This document shows positions 19,427 through 28,400 of a DNA stretch of 64,000 bases, piece after piece (positions within the stretch are counted from its first letter, which is position 1; each line of letters starts with the position of its first letter). The notes below the pieces were generated by a model. It saw nothing but the letters and a program-made list of their open reading frames with translations, ran no database searches and was not told the origin of the DNA. The stretch is from positions 62,001 through 126,000 of IMG/VR virus record IMGVR_UViG_3300026521_000003. One strand, given 5' to 3'. Made by a program: the position numbers and the translations under genes.

Positions 19427-21031
19427 TTATCTCCAAATAGGACTGTTCCCCTTTTTTAATACCCTAGGAGATGAACCTTGAATAACATTAAACTTTTCTA
19501 CTTTAAATACTGCTTGTACGGTATATACAGTTTCATCACCTTCATCATCTGCTGCATCAAAATCAAAACTACTTAATACCGCATTTTCAAATTTATATTC
19601 TAAATGTTTATTTGTCTCAACACTCAAATCATATATAGAGAATACAGGTATTAATATTGAATCTCTTAAAAGAAAAGTACCAGTATTACCAACTGATTTA
19701 TGATCCCATACATCACCAGCAAAATACGAATATAGGGTTGAAACTGTTTTATGATCGACATCATCCCAAAATGTAACACTAACATCACCAATGTTATATT
19801 TTACTGGATACTGTCGTTTAACATTGAATCGGATTTGTTCAATACTCTCTATATCAACTTTAGGTCTATCTATGGTTTTAACCATCCAATCTAAATCTGA
19901 TAATTTTGAGGGAAATTCACCCATATAAGCATGTTTATTTTTTGGTTGTATATGCTGTGAGATTATTTTTTCTAACTCACCATCAGTATTAGCCATTTTT
20001 GCATCAAATTTTAGATATGCCCCTTCATTTTCAGATTTTAATTTATTTGCTGAATCTCTGTAAATTTGATCCAAAATAAGATCTTCGGCGGTTTTCTTTT
20101 TTAATTCTTCTATCTTATGTGTTGTATCATATAATTGGGTGGCAGCATTTTGTTTTTCTCTAATACTTGCATTAGGATCATTAACAATTTTATTTAAATC
20201 AGCTATACGTTTCTTTTCAGCATCTATCTTTGCTTGAATAGCCGCACGTTTTTTTGCTATTTCAGCATTCTCTTTATCTTTTTCAATGTTTTCAGCATTC
20301 GTTTTTAAATTTGATTCATCTTGTTCTTTTGCAACTTCAACAGCATCTACCATATCTTTATAAATTTCCGGGAAATCTTCAGCTAATTGTTCTTTTATTT
20401 TTTCTTCATTCTTTAATGATTCTGAATAAATATCTTCACTTTTCGATACATCATTTTCAAGAGCCGACAGTTCATTTTCTGCAGTTTCAATATCTTTATC
20501 ATAATCTTCTATACCATCTTCTAAATTTCCGTTTTCCGTTGTTAAATCTCCATTTTCTGTTGTTAAATCTCCATTTTCTGTTGCTAATGTAGAATTCTCC
20601 GATTCTAATGCTTTTCTCTCCGCTACAACTTTCTCATATGCTTCATTTGCTGCCGCTACTTCTTCTGGAGATTTTGAATTATCAATAGCAACATTATATA
20701 ATTCCTCTTCTCGAACTTTTAAATCGACTATAGCTTTATTATTTGCTTCTATTTTATCATTATTTGCTTCTATTTTATCATTATTTGCTTCTATTTTATC
20801 ATTATTTGCTTCTATTTTATTTTTAGCTATCTGTTTTTTGTTTTCCAATTTGCTAATATCGTTCTTTTTTTGTTGTAAATTATTATTTGCATCCATAACA
20901 TCTTGTTTGGCTTGAGATGTTTTTTTACAAGCATCATCATATGAAGGACTTTTTGCTCTGATGGCATTTTTTGCTTTTAAGGCATTATTAGTTGGTAATG
21001 GTTTTGATGGTGCAGTTGTAATAGTACTCAT
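19427..21031 (-). CDS. Tail-tube (gp19/gp48/gp54 family) paralogue with a long N-terminal coiled coil (534 aa)
   Basis: The C-terminal 170 aa (WMVKTIDRPKV..YPVKYNIGDVSVTFWDD..YKFENAVLSSFDFD..VQAVFKVE) follow the tube-protein pattern. The N-terminus is heptad-rich. Confidence 0.6.
   Translation of the reverse strand: MSTITTAPSKPLPTNNALKAKNAIRAKSPSYDDACKKTSQAKQDVMDANNNLQQKKNDISKLENKKQIAKNKIEANNDKIEANNDKIEANNDKIEANNKAIVDLKVREEELYNVAIDNSKSPEEVAAANEAYEKVVAERKALESENSTLATENGDLTTENGDLTTENGNLEDGIEDYDKDIETAENELSALENDVSKSEDIYSESLKNEEKIKEQLAEDFPEIYKDMVDAVEVAKEQDESNLKTNAENIEKDKENAEIAKKRAAIQAKIDAEKKRIADLNKIVNDPNASIREKQNAATQLYDTTHKIEELKKKTAEDLILDQIYRDSANKLKSENEGAYLKFDAKMANTDGELEKIISQHIQPKNKHAYMGEFPSKLSDLDWMVKTIDRPKVDIESIEQIRFNVKRQYPVKYNIGDVSVTFWDDVDHKTVSTLYSYFAGDVWDHKSVGNTGTFLLRDSILIPVFSIYDLSVETNKHLEYKFENAVLSSFDFDAADDEGDETVYTVQAVFKVEKFNVIQGSSPRVLKKGNSPIWR
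20538..20583. repeat. 21-bp tandem repeat, about 2.2 copies (TTENGDL heptad)
   Basis: gttgttaaatctccattttct at 20538 and 20559, plus a partial copy. Confidence 0.85.
20739..20820. repeat. 21-bp tandem repeat, about 3.9 copies (KIEANND heptad)
   Basis: ttatttgcttctattttatca at 20739, 20760 and 20781, with a partial copy at 20802. Confidence 0.92.
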
Positions 21032-21033
21032 TT

Positions 21034-21720
21034 TTAAGAATCCTTTTTATTAAATTGATATTCATATTCATACATTCGATCAAGCATAGGGTTTTCTTCT
21101 ACAATAGGTATAAAATTATAATCAAATTGAACATCGTTTATATATCTATAATCAATTATATACTGCATTATTGCTCTCATTTCTTCTGGAGCTTGTTCAA
21201 CTATTAAATTAAAAATCTCATAATTTCTGGTCCACTTAATATTATAATATAGTTCTTTATCTAAAAATTCATTATTAAAAATTTCTTCAAATAATGAGTC
21301 TAATACAATATCATCTTCATTTTCAAGAAATATAGTGAAAATTTCTATATATTTAATATAATTTAGTTGATCAAATTTAAAAAGACCACCTAAATATTTT
21401 CTTTTATCAGTTATTATTTTATTAATATTATTTATTTTTCTTTTATAGTCATCTATTTCTTTTTTTATACGTAAATAATTCTCATCTTTTTCTAAAAGTT
21501 TATATTGAGATAAAACTATTTTATCTGGAATTATAGTTTTGTCATTTATTTTCATTTGCTCATATAAAAATAAATCATGGAAAAAATCTTTTTTAATTGT
21601 TAATACTTGATCATTCAATGTATTATATTTGAATTCTAATGTTTCTAATTCAGTAATATAGGGTGACAAAGCATCATATATATTATCTAATAGAAAATCT
21701 TCTTTATTATAAACTTGCAT
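21034..21720 (-). CDS. Hypothetical late protein (about 228 aa)
   Basis: AAGGAG RBS; TATAAATA at 21749-21742. Confidence 0.7.
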   Translation of the reverse strand: MQVYNKEDFLLDNIYDALSPYITELETLEFKYNTLNDQVLTIKKDFFHDLFLYEQMKINDKTIIPDKIVLSQYKLLEKDENYLRIKKEIDDYKRKINNINKIITDKRKYLGGLFKFDQLNYIKYIEIFTIFLENEDDIVLDSLFEEIFNNEFLDKELYYNIKWTRNYEIFNLIVEQAPEEMRAIMQYIIDYRYINDVQFDYNFIPIVEENPMLDRMYEYEYQFNKKDS

Positions 21721-21741
21721 CAATTACTCCTTATAATGATT

Positions 21742-21749
21742 TATTTATA
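21742..21749 (-). promoter_or_regulatory. T4-type late promoter TATAAATA
   Basis: Exact consensus about 20 bp upstream of the start. Confidence 0.55.
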
Positions 21750-21807
21750 CCAAATAATAAGATTATAATATGAAAAGTTAATTTTGCAGCAATATAGGGT
21801 ATGGAGT

Positions 21808-21836
21808 TTTTATAGAAGGTATAACCTTCTATAAAA
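21808..21836 (-). terminator. Probable intrinsic terminator hairpin
   Basis: TTTTATAGAAGGT / ACCTTCTATAAAA 13-bp stem just after the stop at 21867. Confidence 0.6.
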
Positions 21837-21866
21837 TAAGTTCTAGTGGATATGAATAGTTAAAAA

Positions 21867-22394
21867 TTAAGAAACAGTAATCTCTACTTGATAAGTAAAT
21901 GAAAGTGTTCTATTTTCAGTTTTAGTAATACCATCAAATGTGATATGTGTTAATTTTTTATTTGATATATCAAATAAACCTAATTCATTAAATTTAACAC
22001 CATTAGCTTCTGTTGAACTGATAGTAGCATTAACTTCAATAATTTTTGAATTTGGTTCAATTATATTATTAGCATCATCTGTAATGTCTAAAACTTTGAT
22101 ACCATTCCCAGATCCAACTACATCTTCTGAATGTGCCGCTTCAAATAATGTGTCGGTAGATACATCTGGAGTTTTTTCATTACCATCTACATCTTCTCCA
22201 CCAGATCCAAATCTGATAGTTGCTATTCTATATGCATCAGCATTAGTTACATCACCATGAACCGCTCCAAATGCTAATGTTCTAACAAAGTTATCTAATT
22301 TAATTTTATTTCTTTTTTCAACAACTAAATCTAAGCCATCAAATACTTTTAATGTACCAATTACACTCGGTGTTGACATTTCTTTCATACTCAT
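21867..22394 (-). CDS. Tail-collar/baseplate fibre-attachment-like protein (about 175 aa)
   Basis: IATIRFGSGG and FNELGLFD..LTHITF...KT..RTLSFTYQV match the gpH-N/DUF3751-like pattern. Start moved to ATG 22394 behind AAGGGG, with TATAAATA at 22440-22433. Confidence 0.6.
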   Translation of the reverse strand: MSMKEMSTPSVIGTLKVFDGLDLVVEKRNKIKLDNFVRTLAFGAVHGDVTNADAYRIATIRFGSGGEDVDGNEKTPDVSTDTLFEAAHSEDVVGSGNGIKVLDITDDANNIIEPNSKIIEVNATISSTEANGVKFNELGLFDISNKKLTHITFDGITKTENRTLSFTYQVEITVS

Positions 22395-22485
22395 TTTGGT
22401 TCCCCTTGAACAATTTTTTATTTGTTTTATTTTATTTATATTCAAATACCTTTTTTTATTTTAAAAAAGATTTTTTTATTAAGTT

Positions 22486-25400
22486 TTAAAGATATACATT
22501 AGGATTTTCAGCGTAAGTTCCTTGTATTTTATCAATAATTCCAACTTCTGTATAATCCCCAAATATCAATTCAACTATTGATGAAGTATTATCCTTAATA
22601 ACAGTCATTGATTTAGCTATAGAACCGTCAGTTTGTTCTTTATATAAATCTATTTTTGTTTTATAATCAGTATCTAAAGACATATATTCATCAAATCTAA
22701 ATAAAGCACTTGTTAATATATCATTATTTATATCTATATCTATTTTTTCATACATACGATATTTAAAAATTGATGCAATAATCTGATTAATATTTGGATC
22801 TAAAATATCTATACTTTCTAATCTATATTTATCATTATAACTAAATAGGTGATTCTTAACTAAATCATCAAATTCATAAGATAACTTCATTTGTTCAGCT
22901 CTTATTTTCGTTTGTAATTTTTTATTATCTAATATTAAATAACTAGAATTAATATTATCAAGAACATTTATATTTAATGATTCGTAAAATCCACTCATAT
23001 ATTGATAATAATCAAAACCAGAAATATCTTGTATTGATATATTTAAGGTATCTTTAAAATAATAATCAAAACCAACAATTAAATTATCATAAACACCGGT
23101 TGTAATTTGAGATAAATCATCACCTTGTTGATCATATTCAAATTCATTATATGGTATTTCGTCATGAGGAATTTGCCCAACCCAAGTCTCATAAGGAACA
23201 TTATAACCAAAAGATTCCCATTCTTTATAATCCCATATATAATCATAATAACCAACCCCATACATAAGATTATCAGAATTATTAATTGAAATAATATCTT
23301 TTGTATTTATTCTTTCTTGTTTAAGAGATATGTCTAACATATCATCAGGATATACTGTTAGTGTATCTCGGATAAAAAATTCACTTATAACATTTAAATC
23401 ATCGAATAAACCTGAGGTTACACTATTATCTATTGAATAATCATCATAATATTCCATCCCAACATCATCTTTTTCATGTATTACATTATCTACACCATAT
23501 CTGTTCACAGTCCATTTTCTAGAAATATATAATTGTTCATCTCTAAAAATAGATATATCTAATTGATCACTAAATATCATACCATATTTTAAACGTTCAT
23601 AAGTTCTTACCGATGCAATATTTCCCCGTGGATCATTTACAACACTATATTGGAATATTTCATTCATTTGAACATCAATATCTGATGGGTTATCGGCAGA
23701 TTCATCAACACTCAACCTGTTCAATACAAATCCTCTTATTTTATCTGTAAACCATTTACCCTTCCCATATGATATTTGTTCATTATCGGATTGAACAGTT
23801 AAAGAATCTGTAAAAATTTTATTATCATTTAAATATAATTTATCACTTAGAGTTACAGATACATTATCATCTAAATTTAAAGTACGGTATTCATCAATAA
23901 GAAGAGTATCTTTAATTTTAGTATTAATACTATCATCATAAAAAATATTAGTGTCATAAATTTCTACTAAACTATCCGAAAATATAATATTAGATTTTTC
24001 TTCTTCTAAATTAAATTTAGTTAGCAACCAATCTGATAAACTCACTTTAAATATTGTTTCACTTATTTTAACATCTTCAAAACCATAATCAAGATAATCA
24101 ACCATTTGAACATTCATATAATTATCTCTTAACTTGTAACCATACCATACAGTATCAAAAATTGATATGTTAGTTATAGTGTCAATATTTTCTTTTCTAA
24201 TAATACTATTATCATGATTTTGAATATATAAGTTATCTTTAAAACCAAATTCAATAATTTTTAACTCATCAGTCATTGATATATTTGTACCTATTTCATC
24301 TATTTCTATTTCTTCATCAATTAAAATTTTCTCAGTAAATGTTATCAATGCATTTGAATCGTATAATAAATTCATAGAATCAAGTCTTAAATATTCTCTA
24401 AGTTCTGCGGTTATATCGAATTCTTCAGATATACCATGGAACATATGCGGTACTTCATCATGACCAAATTTATCAAATTCTTGCCATATCCAGGGTTTTT
24501 TAACTATATTGATATAACTGGTTATTGAATCTATAATATTTACAGATATACTATCCTGAATGTTATTTGATATATCTTGCATTAAATAATCATATAAAGT
24601 AAGATAAGTATTATCATAAAATGTATCCGTCATAGTAAAAATTAAACTATCATCTAATTTTGATGTAATTGAACGTTCTATCGATTCATCAGTATATCCC
24701 ATCTGACCATATAAATCATGATATTCTGATAATCGCTTGCCATCAAATTCATAATCTAATGCAATATCTTCTAAAATAGTTTTCTCTGTTTGTGAAATAA
24801 CCAATGAATCAGTATATATTTTATTAGACAAAACATCAATAAGTTTATCGTTTAGTGATACTGTCATTCCATCTATAATAAATTTACTTTGATGCCCATA
24901 ATATAATCGATCCAATAAAGATATTTCTTGTTTTTCTAAAGCTATTTGATTAATAATATCATAATTATTTTCATTTAATAAAATATTAGTTTTTTCAATC
25001 ATATTAAAATATGTTTTAAGATTCTCTATTAACCTAGCTCTTAAATTATTATCTTTATATTTTAGTAATACAAAATTATCCTCTTCAATTTTTATTGATC
25101 TTAAATAATCTCTATCAAATTTAGTCATTCCTCTTTCTATTTTCATTTTATTTTTAGTATCAATAGATATACTATCACTAATTTCTAATTTAAATAAGTT
25201 ATCTCGCTCTGTATTTGCAGCATTAGTTCCAAAAATACTAACTATTGATATATCATTAATAATACTTGCATATTTATCTAAAGAAACTATATACTCTCTA
25301 AAGTCATATTTGATATGTCTATTAATTAATGAATCAGTAATTTTATTAGCAAAATATTCTTCAGAAATATTATCATTATCAATATGTGAATATATTTCAC

Positions 25401-28400
25401 TTCTTAAATTTTCATCAATTATATCAATAGTATAAAAATCTAATAGATTTATACGAATTATATCCTTGCTAAAAATGTGTATATCATATAATAAAGAATC
25501 TCTAACTCTTGCATTATGCATATCTGAACCAGGTTGATTAGCTCTATAAAATTTTTGTGAAATTAAATCACCGTATGGATCTATTGGTAACATTCGCATA
25601 AACCCGAAATCTACACGTATAACACCCAATGCATCGATTAATAAAGAATCTACCATATTCGCAATTCTATCTAGATCAGCAGAGTTATGATAAAATTCAT
25701 CGTATGCAAACTCATTATGTCCTGGTATAAATGTTCCATTTTCAGTTATAAATGATTCCCTTTGTCGTCCTGCCCAAATATGTATTTCTGTATGGATTGT
25801 ATCTATTGGACATATCTGAACATTTTCACTTTCCACTATATCTAATTTAGCAATAAATTTATCTTTTAATGAAATATCACTCATATCTAATATTTCCGTT
25901 TCAAACCCTTGTTCTAATAGTGAATCATAGACCATAGTACTTATATCCTGACCTAATATTGTAGGATTACTTTGATGATAATATTCATCAATAGCAAATT
26001 CGTCATGCCCAGGAATATCAAGTACATCATAAAGAATACCTATATCAGTCCAAATAGAGTCTAATATAGCTACATTTAACTGTTCATAAAACTCATGTAA
26101 AATAGTTTGATGCATTAAATCTTTCATACCGATTAATGTTGTTTGATCTTCAGGCCCAGAATATTCATCTAAACCGTATAAATCCATAGGTAGTTGTTCC
26201 ATATCATAAAAGCGAATATTAAATTCCGTATCAATATCAATCAAATAATCTTCTATAACATTTGTTTCTGCAATATCATCAATATTATTCATAATATCAA
26301 TAGTAGGTATATAATCTATAAAATGTGATTCAACAACATTATCTTGTTCAAAAATATTTTGTTTAATATGAAAATAATCATCAATATAAGTGTCGACTAC
26401 TTTCTCAAATTCATTTTCAGGTATGCATTCCCACCATAAATTTGCTAAATTAGGTGGAGTATATATAGATTCAGGTCTCTGTTTCCAAATTTCTTTATTT
26501 AGAACGTACCAATCATCATCTATACCATACGTTTCATCATCCATAGCCATTAAATCATGCCCACCAACTTTTACACTTCTATCATAATCATATGGTATTT
26601 CATCATGAGCTCCACATAGTTTTAACCCTTCAGATGGAAATATTACATCAATTCTAGATGATATTATAGAACGATCTAGTGTCTGTATTCTAATCTTTTC
26701 ACTAAATGCAGAAATAATATCTATAATATTTCTATCTTCAACTAAAACATCTGCTTCTTTAGAAACTGCTTCTGCTGATGAACTTTCCATAATTTTAATA
26801 GTAAATATAATTTTATCTAAAACAGTATGAAAAGGTAAGAATTCATCAAATAAATCTTGGACTATTTTCTCATAAATATCATAAGTCGCATCACCTTTAC
26901 TGTCTTTTATATTAATAGCCATAGACAAATCCAACATTGAAGAAGCAATTACATCTTCTGTAAATAATGCTAATATCTTAGTTATTAAATCATAACGTTT
27001 AATATTGAATAAGTAATCAAAATAATGTTCTACTGGTTGTTTAATACTATCTAAATATGTCAATTCTTCAAAATCGGTTATTTCAAGATTAATAAATGAG
27101 TTATATACTAAATTTGAATCAATTATCATTTTATAAATTTCATCTGTGTTACTACCCAAATCTGCAAGAAGAGTATGTTCTTTTATTTTATTATATTCCA
27201 CAGATAAATTCGGGTGATCAAATTGCTTTAATTCATAATATATTACATTTTTAAATTCTTCAACGGTCTTTACATCATTCATAAGAATATAATTTGGTAA
27301 AAACCTCTCAACAAACCATCGAATTATAACTAAATTAACACTTAATAAATCAAATCCCTGTTCAATAGATAATCGATTTAATACATCTAATACCTCAAAT
27401 AAATAATCTACGGGTTTATTTAGTTCATATTTAATATTATCTTCATATTCATTGTAATTATCAGAAAAACTAACATATGAATTAGTAACCATACTATAAT
27501 CTAGCAATCTATAATCTTTTTTAGAAAAAACACCATCGTCAATAATAGGGCGGATTAATAATAATGGTTCTTTCCAATCAACAGACATTTTAATAAATTC
27601 ATTTATATTTAGAATATCATATTTAAATGGTTTTTCAAAATGCACATGATTATTTTCTTGAATATCATTCCAATCTGAATAATTTATAATCGGTTTATAG
27701 GTTTCAATAGTATCTTTTTTTATCTTTTCTAATTCATCCGTAAAAATATAAAATAACCGTTCTTTGTCATATTGATTAAATGTCATCATTGAAACTTCAG
27801 ACACAATATCATTATCGGCATTTTCTTTTATAAAATCAACGATAACTTTTAAATTATTCTCTATCCACACATTATGAATTAAATAATAATCGAATTGTTC
27901 TAGTAAATAATCATCTTCAAGATATTTTCTTATATATGCTATTAATATATTGTGTATATTATTCGTATCTAATGAAAAATGCTCATAATTATTATTTTTA
28001 AAAATATCAATCAAATCATCATATGAACCAGAAATTAATTTCGTCTCCATTAGGTCCGCAACTAATTCTTTTAACGTATCAACAATATAGATTGAAGATG
28101 GTAATATAGTTGAAACTCTAGCCCATTCAGATATAAATTTATTACGTTGAACCATATAAACTGGTGAAACATTTATATCATTCGATATAGCTTTTAAATT
28201 TGACTTTAAATATGATTCTAACCCTTTTAAAGATGAAGTATTAGTTTTAAACATTAAATATGGTTCTTCTTCTAAATTTTGAGTTTTTGCATTATCAATA
28301 TCTATATCTAATTGCTCACCTAATAAATTATGCTCTTGTGTATTATTATTTTTATCTTGGCCTCTTCCTAACATATATACATTATCAGGAATCATCATCG

